Positions 46,232 to 55,782 of a stretch of DNA of 64,000 nucleotides are shown piece after piece. Each line of letters opens with the position of its first letter. The stretch's first letter is position 1. The DNA is from a virus (lineage: Duplodnaviria; Caudoviricetes): the IMG/VR virus record IMGVR_UViG_3300005670_000019; one strand, 5' to 3'. A program made the translations under genes and the position numbers. The notes under the pieces are model-generated. The model saw only the letters and a program-made list of their open reading frames with translations, did no database searches and was not told the DNA's origin.

Positions 46232-47496
46232 TCTCTCCTAATTGCATATTTTGCAGGAAATGGAAGATACTGCAATTGCTTTTGAATGTTCTCTGCCTTT
46301 TGAGCTTCTCTTTCGGCAAGCTTGTCGTATGTAAGTTCATTCAATCTTCCATACAATCCAGTTGTGTCAGAATTCAACAACTTATCTTTGTCTTCTCTGC
46401 CTTGTTGGACAAGATCACTTCCATCCAAATCTACTTGACTTTCTGGAATTGGAATAGTCTTCATCTTTGAACGAACGCGTCCAAGCATTTCTGTACAAAT
46501 TGCCAAAGCATATTGAAAAATCCAATTTCTTGCCCAAGGGTTCAATGACTTGTAATCTATCAAACCAAATGGAATATTGGCAGGGTTGTTTGCTCCATAA
46601 AGTGTGTCAAGCTCTATTGGATTACTTCCTGAAATACCAATACCCACTCCAGAGCCGGAAAGAGGCATTCCAATGATGCCAGGAGCAACAGATGAAGGAA
46701 AGGAGACACGAATCCACAATTTGTCATTGAAGGTTGGCACCAGATTGTTTGGAACTGGGTAAATCCTAATCTTTCTTCCTGTGACACGGAAACTGTAATG
46801 AGATCGTCTTATTTTTTGTGCAGTTTCAAGCATTCCACCACGAAGAGCGTCTTCGAAAACTGGGAGGACATAGAAACGTGTATCTGGAATATAACTTTCA
46901 ACAGGCATACCAGAAGCAATGAAGTTGCTTGCAAGATTTGAATTGAAAGCATATTGAACAGGTGTGTCATGAAAGACTTCCAATATTTTCATTCTTCCAA
47001 CACTTTCACTTGGTTGGTAGTTGGTAAGAGGAATATTGTTTTGATCCACAAGGTCAGTGTATAAATCGTAATCTTGTTGACCTGTTCTAAGAGTTATAGA
47101 ACCAGAATAACTTTCTTGACTTTGACCATAACCAATTTCAGCAGCATAAGGTTCAGCAAGTCTTGTAAGAAATTCGAAGTTCGGAAAAGTGTAAACGTTT
47201 GTAAGGTTGATAGTTGAATAATAGTTGTTTGAACTATCAAGGGAACCAGTATTTGTACCAAGAAGACTGGTGAGGTCAGATTTGGCTCTATATTCAATAA
47301 TGGCAGCATTGAATGCCATGGTAGCTTCTTCTAAAGCTGACCAAATCATCTTCTTTGTAAGCTCAACGGAAAGAACATCTTCACCTAAACGTCTCAAAAC
47401 AAAGATGACCAACTTATCAGCATCATTTTGATAAGCTGGATCGGAGTCCCAGTAGCCGAACGGACACGGATTTTGTGTTTGAATAAACGAAGGCAT
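46228..47496 (-). CDS. neck protein (gp13-like head-tail adaptor)
   Basis: RRLG...VEL, WI..Y.LA...EMLG.VRSK...IP.P...LDG; true start ATG 47496. Confidence 0.85.
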   Translation of the reverse strand: MPSFIQTQNPCPFGYWDSDPAYQNDADKLVIFVLRRLGEDVLSVELTKKMIWSALEEATMAFNAAIIEYRAKSDLTSLLGTNTGSLDSSNNYYSTINLTNVYTFPNFEFLTRLAEPYAAEIGYGQSQESYSGSITLRTGQQDYDLYTDLVDQNNIPLTNYQPSESVGRMKILEVFHDTPVQYAFNSNLASNFIASGMPVESYIPDTRFYVLPVFEDALRGGMLETAQKIRRSHYSFRVTGRKIRIYPVPNNLVPTFNDKLWIRVSFPSSVAPGIIGMPLSGSGVGIGISGSNPIELDTLYGANNPANIPFGLIDYKSLNPWARNWIFQYALAICTEMLGRVRSKMKTIPIPESQVDLDGSDLVQQGREDKDKLLNSDTTGLYGRLNELTYDKLAEREAQKAENIQKQLQYLPFPAKYAIRRE

Positions 47497-48209
47497 TATA
47501 ACAATCTCCATCCTTTGTGAGAATTCGCTTTACCACATAAAACTCTACCCAAATTTGCTTTATCTAATCCATGCATTTTGCAAAATTCAGAAAGGTTCCT
47601 TTGTAAAATCACTTTTTCACCCTCTGGATTTACTAGCCAGATGTTGTATTCTTTTGCTCGGATCAAAGACACTCGTTCATATAACCATTTCACGTATTCT
47701 GGATTTTCTCTTTGTTTCTTTGCGCTTTCTGACTTTATTTTTCGCGCCCTTTCACTTTTATTCCACTCTATAACTTTTTCATGTCCAAACCTTTTCTCTT
47801 TGTGTTGTTTCTTTGCACATTCTTTCAATTTTGAAAGTCCACTTTCGCTCATTGATGGCACAATTGCGATAGAAGAAAGATTTAGACAGTTTGTGTCTTT
47901 GTAGTGAAAATCTAAAAGTTCTTGCTCTTTTTCGAAAGCTTCCTGACGATTAGAACAATAAATGAAAAACTCCTTTATCTCGTCTTTATATTTTTGACAA
48001 ACTCTTGAAAACCATGAATTGTTATGTTTGTTCTTTTTGACGTCACAAAAATGTTGATTTATTCTATGGGAACATTTGTTGCTTGAACCAATATAGAAAT
48101 ATTTTTTAGCAAATACAAGTATGTATACACCTGGTAGATTGCACCTGTCCAAAGAGACATTCCAATATCCCCAAGGTGTCGGGTTCATTGTTTGGATGAA
48201 TGTAGGCAT
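47496..48209 (-). mobile_element. GIY-YIG homing endonuclease fused to a copy of the neck-gene N-terminus
   Basis: GVY..YIGSS..R..H..E..LN plus C-terminal HTH (FC..HGL...L...KGW); first 16 aa 12/16 identical to neck protein. Confidence 0.85.
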
Positions 48210-48253
48210 ACGATAGATAAATAGCTATGAATTTCTTAGCCATGTCGCTTTAT

Positions 48254-48282
48254 TTGAGAAAAATGCCCAGGTGTGCTATCCT
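48254..48282 (+). promoter_or_regulatory. sigma70-type promoter, leaderless start
   Basis: TTGAGA-N17-TATCCT, 6 nt before ATG 48289. Confidence 0.6.
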
Positions 48283-48288
48283 TGTTAC

Positions 48289-48807
48289 ATGAGGAGATTG
48301 CACATATTTGATTTTGATGATACCTTGGCGAAAACCTCGAACATTGTGCGTGTTCGGAAGGGTAATGGCTCAGTCATCGAACTAAATTCACAAGACTATC
48401 TCACTTATCAAAAAGAAGAAGAAGATATTTTTGATTTCACTGACTTTAGAGAGCCCCGCGATGCAGACAAGATTGATGAAATTGTAAACATCCTTGTACA
48501 GGCTGTAAAGAAAGATGGAATTAACTCCGTTGTCATTCTAACAGCGAGAACTACGGATGTGCCTGTAGTTCACTTTCTAAAACAACATGACCTTCCACCT
48601 GTGCAAATCATGCCTGTGGGAAGGGAGCATATGCATTCTCATCCTACAGATAAAGCCATTTGGATTTCGTGGGTTATCGAAAAGTTCAAAATAAATGAGG
48701 TCATCTTTTATGATGACCATCCAGGGAATATTGAAGCTGTAAAAAAGTTGTGTCACTCAAACACTAAGATTGTGACTCATCTCATCAAAACAAAATCGCC
48801 AATTTGA
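48289..48807 (+). CDS. HAD-superfamily phosphatase (RNA-repair/PNKP-like)
   Basis: FDFDDTL, ILTAR, K, FYDD..N. Confidence 0.8.
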   Translation: MRRLHIFDFDDTLAKTSNIVRVRKGNGSVIELNSQDYLTYQKEEEDIFDFTDFREPRDADKIDEIVNILVQAVKKDGINSVVILTARTTDVPVVHFLKQHDLPPVQIMPVGREHMHSHPTDKAIWISWVIEKFKINEVIFYDDHPGNIEAVKKLCHSNTKIVTHLIKTKSPI

Positions 48808-49124
48808 ATGGAATTTCTTTTACACCAACCACTTCGAACCTCAAGAACATATTTTGAGTTTGGAACAAGGTGACTTTTTTCGTTATTTGCTTTCAAAGTT
48901 CCAATATGAACAACATCAAGTGTTGCTGAAAGTCCTATAACATCTAGGTCAAATGGAACGTTTTTCATCCAAAAAGAATGGGTTTCTTGACTTGGGAATA
49001 CGAACATCAACCCTTCATGATCTTTGGGCTCTGTTCCAAACATAAAACCCTTTGTTCTTTCTTCTGGCGAAAGAAGAAGTTTTAGTTTGAGAGGATTACC
49101 ATTGATAGATACTTCAATCTTCAT
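48777..49124 (-). CDS. DUF192 family protein
   Basis: R..G.M......GLMFVF......FWMKNV.F.LD...YVLEV. Confidence 0.85.
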   Translation of the reverse strand: MKIEVSINGNPLKLKLLLSPEERTKGFMFGTEPKDHEGLMFVFPSQETHSFWMKNVPFDLDVIGLSATLDVVHIGTLKANNEKSHLVPNSKYVLEVRSGWCKRNSIQIGDFVLMR

Positions 49125-49135
49125 AAGAGTAAGTA

Positions 49136-49237
49136 TCACTTCATCTTCTTTGAATGACCTCGAATGAGCCACCTAAAAATGTGTGCATACCAAGGCTCAG
49201 GTTTTCCAATCCTTCTTACAAGTTCTTGTTCTTCCAT
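49136..49237 (-). CDS. 33-aa peptide (MEEQELVRRIGKPEPWY...)
   Basis: Read manually; TACTTT motif 5 nt before ATG. Confidence 0.3.
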   Translation of the reverse strand: MEEQELVRRIGKPEPWYAHIFRWLIRGHSKKMK

Positions 49238-49261
49238 ACAATAAAGTATAAGAAAAATCTC

Positions 49262-49290
49262 TTGAAATTCCAACCAAAACCCAGTATTCT
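49262..49290 (+). promoter_or_regulatory. sigma70-type early promoter, near-leaderless start
   Basis: TTGAAA-N17-TATTCT, 8 nt before ATG 49299. Confidence 0.7.
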
Positions 49291-49298
49291 ATATCTAT

Positions 49299-50015
49299 AT
49301 GGCTAACAGAATTCAAACATCATTCGACAAACAAATTTTCTTCTTATTTCCGAAGGATGCTGATGAAGTTGAACTTGAAACATTCAAAATCTCAGCAACC
49401 CAAAAAGAGAGATCCAGTTCATATTGGCGAACAAAATATAACCAATTTACGATTTTTGAAAAAGAATCTTTGGATCAAGAGGGTAATCCTATTTGGAGAT
49501 CAATTGGAATAATTGATGAAGGTTATTTTAGTGAATACTTTTTGTCGGACACGACGAGGCTTTATGCTCGACAAGACGAGAATACCGGAGCCAGTATTCT
49601 TCCTGAAAAGAAGAAGAAGTTGATTGCGGAAATCAATCAACATATCGAAAAGCAACGAAGGGAGAGGAACAAAATCCTTCAAAAGGAACGTAAACAAAAG
49701 AACGAAGCACTTGCTAAGTCGAAGGGTCTTTCGGTTGAAGATTTCATGTTCCAAAAGAAAGTCCAGAGAATGTCAAAAACTCAGGACAAGAATGTGGAAA
49801 AGTTGAAGAAGCAGGTTTCTCTTGTATTCAAATACAATGATGAGCTTGATAAGCTAGAAAAAGAAATCGCAAAGGCAAGAGAAGTTCTTGGAACAATTGA
49901 ACTTGAAAAACTTGCACTTCGCGATAATATGCACCAGTTTCAATGGAAAATTCGTGACATGAAAAATGCTTTGAGTTACTATATCAAACTCAAAAATGAC
50001 GAGGAAAAGAAATGA
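49299..50015 (+). CDS. early protein, paralog family B
   Basis: A..GLSVED...K segment plus coiled coil shared with next ORF. Confidence 0.7.
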   Translation: MANRIQTSFDKQIFFLFPKDADEVELETFKISATQKERSSSYWRTKYNQFTIFEKESLDQEGNPIWRSIGIIDEGYFSEYFLSDTTRLYARQDENTGASILPEKKKKLIAEINQHIEKQRRERNKILQKERKQKNEALAKSKGLSVEDFMFQKKVQRMSKTQDKNVEKLKKQVSLVFKYNDELDKLEKEIAKAREVLGTIELEKLALRDNMHQFQWKIRDMKNALSYYIKLKNDEEKK

Positions 50016-50767
50016 GTCATTATTCTAGCGGATATGATACCTATTCCTCAGCTTTGTTGCCTGACCTGAACTTTGGAGAATATGAAATTGTTAGAGTTTC
50101 TCCAAAATATCTTCTCCTTTGTACAAAGGAAGGAAGTTGGTATGGTCAATCGTACAACCTCGAAAAAGAAGAGTTTGTAACTCTTCCAAAAGAACTTTCA
50201 GCAATCAGGTCGAAGCTCGGTGCGGACTATCAAATAATTGTTATCAAATCAGAAGAAGACCCAACACTGAGAGATTTAGCAAGTCTCAAATGGCAAAACA
50301 AATTCGTTGGAACAGTTTATGATTCTTACAGCATATTTTGGAGTCTGAAACGTGGCAACAGCCAACAGCAAGAAGTTCATGAACACATTTTAGAATATGT
50401 TCGTGAAAAAGCAAAGAAAGTTCAAAGAGAAGCTGCAAAACAAAAGCGTCTTGCAGATAAAGTCGAAGCAAATAGACTTGGGATTACTGTAAGTGAACTT
50501 CGTTTCCGTCGCAAATCAGCAAAAGTTGATCAGGTAAATGAAGTTGTAAGAGCACGACTTACAGCAGAGCTTTCACGCTCAATGAGTATTTGTGAAGCAA
50601 TGAGAAAAACAATTTCTCAACTTGAAAAAACTTGTGAAAAGTTGGAAACTGCTGATTGGAATGAACTTCAAGTTCGTTGGGACGATAAACTAAAAGAACA
50701 ATTACAAGCAGTTGAAAAACTACTTCCAAAAGTTTCCAAGTTGAAGAGTGAAAGAAAGAATAAATGA
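50012..50767 (+). CDS. early protein, paralog family B
   Basis: A..LGITVSE...RK segment plus coiled coil. Confidence 0.7.
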   Translation: MSHYSSGYDTYSSALLPDLNFGEYEIVRVSPKYLLLCTKEGSWYGQSYNLEKEEFVTLPKELSAIRSKLGADYQIIVIKSEEDPTLRDLASLKWQNKFVGTVYDSYSIFWSLKRGNSQQQEVHEHILEYVREKAKKVQREAAKQKRLADKVEANRLGITVSELRFRRKSAKVDQVNEVVRARLTAELSRSMSICEAMRKTISQLEKTCEKLETADWNELQVRWDDKLKEQLQAVEKLLPKVSKLKSERKNK

Positions 50768-51591
50768 GTAAAACTGACAGGCTATCTCTCGGAGATAGAA
50801 TGAAATCTTATGAAAGAGTTTGGACACAAACTCTTCCTATGCGAATGCCTCTTATTATCCGTTTGGATGGCAAAGCTTTTCATTCCTATACGACTCATGC
50901 TGAGAAACCTTTTGATGATCACTTAATGAAGGTTCTCGATGAAACAACTCAGATCCTTATGAAAGAAATCTCTGGAGCGATGATTGCATACGTTCAGAGT
51001 GATGAAGTTTCAATTCTTGTAAACTCATATAGAAACCATGAGGAACAGCCATGGTTTGCAAATGAACTTCCAAAGATTCTTTCTGTTTCAGCCGGAATGA
51101 TGTCAGCTCATTTTACGGCTAAAAGCTATCAGATTTGGCAAAAGAACTCAGAAATGATTGAGTCAATCAAGAAGACATATCCCGAAGATCAAAGAAACGG
51201 AGTTCTTATTTCAGACCTTTATCGTCCCGCTGTTTTTGATTCTAGAGCATTTGTAATGCCAGAGAATGATGTTTCAAACTATTTTCTTTGGAGACAAAGA
51301 GACTGTATTCGAAACAGTGTCAATACCGTTGCGAGAGAATACTTTTCTCAAAAACAACTCTTCAAAAAGAGCACAGACGAAGTAAAGAAGATGCTCCTTG
51401 AGAAGGATGTTGATTTGGATGACCAAGAAGCTTGGGAGCCTTATTACACCAGAGGGCGTTGTATCTTTAGAACACCTTCTCAAATCTCAGACAATGTTTA
51501 TCGTAATGTTCTATCTGTTGATAGAAAAATCCCGGTCTTTTCAGAAAACCGGGATTACATAAACAGATTTCTTTCGATGAAAGATGAGTGA
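50764..51591 (+). CDS. thg1: Thg1-like tRNA(His) guanylyltransferase / 3'-5' polymerase
   Basis: RMK.YE, RLDGKAFH, KPFD, QSDE, FDSR, WRQ.D..RNS. Confidence 0.92.
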   Translation: MSKTDRLSLGDRMKSYERVWTQTLPMRMPLIIRLDGKAFHSYTTHAEKPFDDHLMKVLDETTQILMKEISGAMIAYVQSDEVSILVNSYRNHEEQPWFANELPKILSVSAGMMSAHFTAKSYQIWQKNSEMIESIKKTYPEDQRNGVLISDLYRPAVFDSRAFVMPENDVSNYFLWRQRDCIRNSVNTVAREYFSQKQLFKKSTDEVKKMLLEKDVDLDDQEAWEPYYTRGRCIFRTPSQISDNVYRNVLSVDRKIPVFSENRDYINRFLSMKDE

Positions 51592-51593
51592 AA

Positions 51594-52283
51594 TTATCTT
51601 ACGCGCTTTCTGAGAGCGTTTAGGGCAGCTCCAAGCTGTTCTGAGTGATACTCCACAGCGCCTCGAATATTTTCAGTCCCAGGTGTACCCGAAAGAGCCG
51701 TTTCAAGTTGACGGCTCTTTTCTAGTATTGAGCTTACCTGTGGAAGTAGCTCTTGAAGAAGTTGTTTAGCTTCATCTGTTCTATCGTAGTCTTCACAAAG
51801 CTCGTCTTCTTCTCGAAGGTCTTTCTTGATGGCAGCTCTTTTTCTTTGAGCATCCATTCTCATTTTCTTTTCCTTCTGTCTTTGAAGAGCTGCGTTTAAT
51901 TCGTCTTTTGAAAGTGCAGAGCTGTCCGGGGCAAATAAAGGATGACTGTCATGCCTTCCGCGGTCTTCATTTTGAAGTTCTGCTTCAACAATACTTTCAA
52001 CAAGTTTCTTCAATTCTTTTTTCGTCATACGTCTTTCCTCTATTTTTGAAAGCCTGGAATAATAATCCGGAAGTTCTTTTAGATGAGCAAGAGCTATTCT
52101 TGCTGTTTTTTCCAAATCATTACCTGTTACGTTTGTTTGAGGTCCAAGTTCTGTTCCATGTTCAAGTTCAACCTTGATGCCTTTTCTGAACTGTTCAAGG
52201 TCGACTTCATTCCAATCAACTCCAATAGCATCTCCAATTTTTCTTGCGGCTGATGCACTTATTGATTTCGGAACCTTCATCAT
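51594..52283 (-). CDS. DUF5661-like domain + internal tag
   Basis: QF..G..VELEH...IALAHL.E.PDYY..L, then MTKKELKKLVESIVEAE. Confidence 0.7.
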   Translation of the reverse strand: MMKVPKSISASAARKIGDAIGVDWNEVDLEQFRKGIKVELEHGTELGPQTNVTGNDLEKTARIALAHLKELPDYYSRLSKIEERRMTKKELKKLVESIVEAELQNEDRGRHDSHPLFAPDSSALSKDELNAALQRQKEKKMRMDAQRKRAAIKKDLREEDELCEDYDRTDEAKQLLQELLPQVSSILEKSRQLETALSGTPGTENIRGAVEYHSEQLGAALNALRKRVR

Positions 52284-52528
52284 AACCTATCAATCGTTTG
52301 TTTGAGTTTCTCAGCAACTTTCAAAAGCTTTTCAAGGTCATACCCAGGACTTCCGCCTGAAAGTTCAATCATATCTTGAAGGTTAGCTACAACTCTTTCC
52401 ATATGAGCCTTTGTGCTCTCAACCATGCCAAGATATTCTTCATCAGGAAAGACTTCTCCAAATGGACCAGTTTCTTCTTGAATGATTTGCTCAATGAGAG
52501 CTCCTAGTTTTTTCTTTGAAAGTTTCAT
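52280..52528 (-). CDS. putative internal head protein (MKLSKKKLGALIEQIIQEE)
   Basis: Shared tag; TACTTA 6 nt before ATG. Confidence 0.6.
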   Translation of the reverse strand: MKLSKKKLGALIEQIIQEETGPFGEVFPDEEYLGMVESTKAHMERVVANLQDMIELSGGSPGYDLEKLLKVAEKLKQTIDRL

Positions 52529-52550
52529 AATGAATAAGTATAGTCCTCGG

Positions 52551-54359
52551 CTATCGTCTAAGGTAATAGTTGTTCCAAACTTGTTTATTCAAACCAAAAT
52601 CCACAAGAACAAGTTTTTCTTTTCCATTTCTCTTCACAACACCCCAAGAAGAAATTCTTGTAATGTCTCCATGAGTCATATCAAGGTCAGCCATAATTTG
52701 AACAATTGTTTTGAACGATTCATTCTCTGAAAGACTTGGATCAATTGTGCTATTACTTCCCCATCCATGAAGTCTATTGCTAATGACCTTCAAACTATCA
52801 AAGAAGACTTCCATTGGAAACCCAATCAAATTTGGAAAATCAGATGGCTTCGCTTTTCTTGCAAGTTCCATTTCTACCCACAAATTATCTTCATCATGGT
52901 CAAAGACTTTTGCGGTTATGACACCATCGCTATCATATTGGGAAACTTCAATCTCTAGCTCGTTTTGAGCTAAGCCTTTTTTATTTTTAGCTACCTTTAT
53001 AGCTGTTTGATCATCTGCAACAAAAACAACTCTGGAAGATCCAGCTCCAATACGTGCAAGATGTTTCATTGCATATCCAGTTTTCTGCGCATATGAAGGA
53101 AGAGATTTGAGTTTCTCAAGCGAGAAGCCTTCCGGATAGTTTGCTATCTCTTCAATGTCACCTTCACTTAGATCCAACTGCTCGTTGAGTCCATTTCCGA
53201 CAAGTGAAATACTGCTAGCTGGTATTGAATGTTTGATGGCAAGGTTAGCCGGAAGGTTGAACTTTGCTGCCGTCTCCAACTCTTTCGCTGCTGTTGGCTC
53301 TACGCCATCTTCTGGGTCAGAAATCAAGTCAGATAGCCTGACCTTGATAGCAATAACGGCATCAGATCCCTTTTCTTCTGCATACCACTGAGCACTCTCG
53401 GCATAGTTGGTCACATAGAGATATTTTGGGTTGCCTTGTTGAGAACCACGAAAACCAGAATAAGGTTGCCAACCATTTTTCAACATGTTTTCCGCTGATG
53501 AGCGCGTTGTTCCATGATAGACGGTAAGTTCCGGATCGCCGTCTTCTAGTTCTTCAAAAATAAGAGATTTCAACAACATGTTCTTCCCAACACTTTCCTC
53601 TAATTTCTTTTGAAGAATTTTCAGCATCTCATCTCTTTTGTTTTTGAGTTTTTGTCTTTGTTCTTCTATGTCTTTATTTCGAAGGTTATTCAAAATCCTT
53701 TGCATTTCTGGATTTCTATGAGAAACAACTCTGTGAAGATCAGGATGTGCCAATCTCAACATCTTTTCAAAATCAACCTTTTGAAGACTTTCAATCATTT
53801 TTTGAATTTCTTCTTTTGAAAGAAGTTTGATGGACGAAGCAAGTTTTTCTGGTTCTAACTTTAGAATGACATTGGCGTCAAACATTCTTGGAGATGAGGG
53901 TTTCATTCCAATTGTTGGATGATTGAATTGAGGACCTTGAATTTCTTTTTTGTGGTCTGTTCTCTTTCCAATGATCTTTAGATTTTTCATCAAATCTTCT
54001 GGGATGAATGTCTCTTCATCCCAAAAGAAAGCTCCATGCAGGTTCTTGACACCCGCAGCTTGAAGCTCATCAAAACGCTTCCAGTGCCTCTCTACGGCTT
54101 GTTGATAATCTTCCATAGGAAGACTGAGGGTATAAAGAGTTATGGTTTTGAACGAACCCTGGGGGCGTTTGTGATAGGGTAAATCACGTCTTCCTGGGGC
54201 TCTGTCTTTTGAACTTGCCCATCCAACCCAAGAGTTTTGCATTGCTGATGGTTTTGAAGAAACAAAAAGACCCTTCATGCCAAACTTTGGTGAATAACGT
54301 GGACGAAGAACATTCACGTTCTCTGGTGAAGCATGATAAAGGGTCTTTAGCCTTGGCAT
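52551..54359 (-). CDS. polyprotein: ART-like + ART-like + kinase
   Basis: LYHAS..GLFVS..E; linker MLLKSLIFEE; VYHGT..YLYVT; linker LNE/IEE; IGAGSSR..HGD..WG..DFG. Confidence 0.7.
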   Translation of the reverse strand: MPRLKTLYHASPENVNVLRPRYSPKFGMKGLFVSSKPSAMQNSWVGWASSKDRAPGRRDLPYHKRPQGSFKTITLYTLSLPMEDYQQAVERHWKRFDELQAAGVKNLHGAFFWDEETFIPEDLMKNLKIIGKRTDHKKEIQGPQFNHPTIGMKPSSPRMFDANVILKLEPEKLASSIKLLSKEEIQKMIESLQKVDFEKMLRLAHPDLHRVVSHRNPEMQRILNNLRNKDIEEQRQKLKNKRDEMLKILQKKLEESVGKNMLLKSLIFEELEDGDPELTVYHGTTRSSAENMLKNGWQPYSGFRGSQQGNPKYLYVTNYAESAQWYAEEKGSDAVIAIKVRLSDLISDPEDGVEPTAAKELETAAKFNLPANLAIKHSIPASSISLVGNGLNEQLDLSEGDIEEIANYPEGFSLEKLKSLPSYAQKTGYAMKHLARIGAGSSRVVFVADDQTAIKVAKNKKGLAQNELEIEVSQYDSDGVITAKVFDHDEDNLWVEMELARKAKPSDFPNLIGFPMEVFFDSLKVISNRLHGWGSNSTIDPSLSENESFKTIVQIMADLDMTHGDITRISSWGVVKRNGKEKLVLVDFGLNKQVWNNYYLRR

Positions 54360-54377
54360 ATTTTGGTCAAAGTTTGT

Positions 54378-55253
54378 TTAGAGATTTCTTATCTCTTCTT
54401 CAATAAGAGCACCGACAATTTGTCGAATTCTTCTTTCATAAGTGACACCACCCTCAACTTCTTTTGGTTTTGAAAGCGGTTTCTTTACACGAACTTTGCC
54501 CTTCGGAGAAGGAGGAGCATCTGTTACATATTTCCAAATGAACCATGTGATAGCTTGAACTTGTTGTGGTGTCAAACCGACAATGTCTGCAACTTTCTTA
54601 TAGTCCTGAATGACTGCGATGCGTTCTCTCTTTGTTAGACCCTTCAAGTTCTTCAAAGCAGCCTTCTGTCCTCTCCAAACATTGATTGCATGTCCATCAA
54701 GAACAAGATCACGTTGAAGTTGTTGTGGATTTGCAAGAGACTGAAAGAATACCGTAACTTTTGGTCCATTTACAATTGAAAGGTCACCTGTATCCAAAAT
54801 TGCATAAGCTTTATTTACATTGCTCTTATATGCAGGGATCTTATCATAATGTTGGGCTGTTTCATCACCATTCATTCTCTTCCAATTTGAGATTGTACGG
54901 TCTGCTGCCATCAAGTTCATCTTCCAACCAAGGTTAGGAGAAAGAACAGCACAAACACCAGCACAAACCTCAACAGGAATATCCCATTTCTGTGCAAGTT
55001 GCTTCACATGATTGTGAGCATGTTCATACCAGTTTCCCCAATAGTCAATCTCTGCTTTTGTTGCTTTCTTCAAGACAGCAAGGATGTTGTGATATCCTTC
55101 ATTCTTGTGAAGATTGAGAGACTGAGAGTGGATCTTCTCTCTCTTTGGTTCATTCATGACATAATCGATGCTGCTTACATCAACATCTTCTTGTTCGTTC
55201 AAGAATGGAAGTTTGTGAAACAGGAAATTTTGTAGTTGTTCAAAGATATTCAT
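54378..55253 (-). CDS. DNA glycosylase-like (HhH-related) protein with C-terminal tag
   Basis: WY, A.LSP..W..N, GPKV..F, V.DGH, QA.TW; ends IRQIVGALIEEE. Confidence 0.55.
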   Translation of the reverse strand: MNIFEQLQNFLFHKLPFLNEQEDVDVSSIDYVMNEPKREKIHSQSLNLHKNEGYHNILAVLKKATKAEIDYWGNWYEHAHNHVKQLAQKWDIPVEVCAGVCAVLSPNLGWKMNLMAADRTISNWKRMNGDETAQHYDKIPAYKSNVNKAYAILDTGDLSIVNGPKVTVFFQSLANPQQLQRDLVLDGHAINVWRGQKAALKNLKGLTKRERIAVIQDYKKVADIVGLTPQQVQAITWFIWKYVTDAPPSPKGKVRVKKPLSKPKEVEGGVTYERRIRQIVGALIEEEIRNL

Positions 55254-55311
55254 ATTTTATTGATCTCTAGGCAATAAATAGTGTTTGTTATTTTGTTGTC
55301 AAACACTAATA

Positions 55312-55647
55312 TCAAATTTGAATGTATAAACTACAAAATTCGGCTGGAATTGGAATTTTTGACCAAAATTCATGAGGACAGATTACAGGTTTTCCTGTTG
55401 CCCATGATATTTTTGCACCAATCTCTTCTTTGAAACTGCTTACGTCTACAGCAATCACTTTTGGTTGATGTTGTTCTATCCACCTTGTTCCACATTGAGT
55501 TTCCAAGATGAATTTGGGATTGTCTGTCAACCAAACTACAGGCTTCGGGTTTATTGTAGTTATTCCTTTTGTCTTACATGGAATAAGACCTTCATTTAGA
55601 ATGTTTTCAACTGTACATGCCTTGGCAACATGATAAAGGTATATCAT
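55312..55647 (-). CDS. small ART/PARP-like fold protein
   Basis: LYH......IL.EGL.P....VWLT....IP pattern. Confidence 0.5.
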   Translation of the reverse strand: MIYLYHVAKACTVENILNEGLIPCKTKGITTINPKPVVWLTDNPKFILETQCGTRWIEQHQPKVIAVDVSSFKEEIGAKISWATGKPVICPHEFWSKIPIPAEFCSLYIQI

Positions 55648-55725
55648 AATTTCATTGTCTTTACCTTTCTAGTTAGAAAGCATCGATAAGGGAAAAGTGT
55701 ATAACCCATGTCAAGTGGAGAAGAC

Positions 55726-55759
55726 AAGAAAAAGAGGGCGATTTCTCGCCCTCTTTCTT
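55726..55759 (-). terminator. intrinsic terminator after major capsid gene
   Basis: AAAGAGGGCGA-4nt-TCGCCCTCTTT with U tract. Confidence 0.85.
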
Positions 55760-55782
55760 AGTTTAGTAGACTATAAGGTCCG

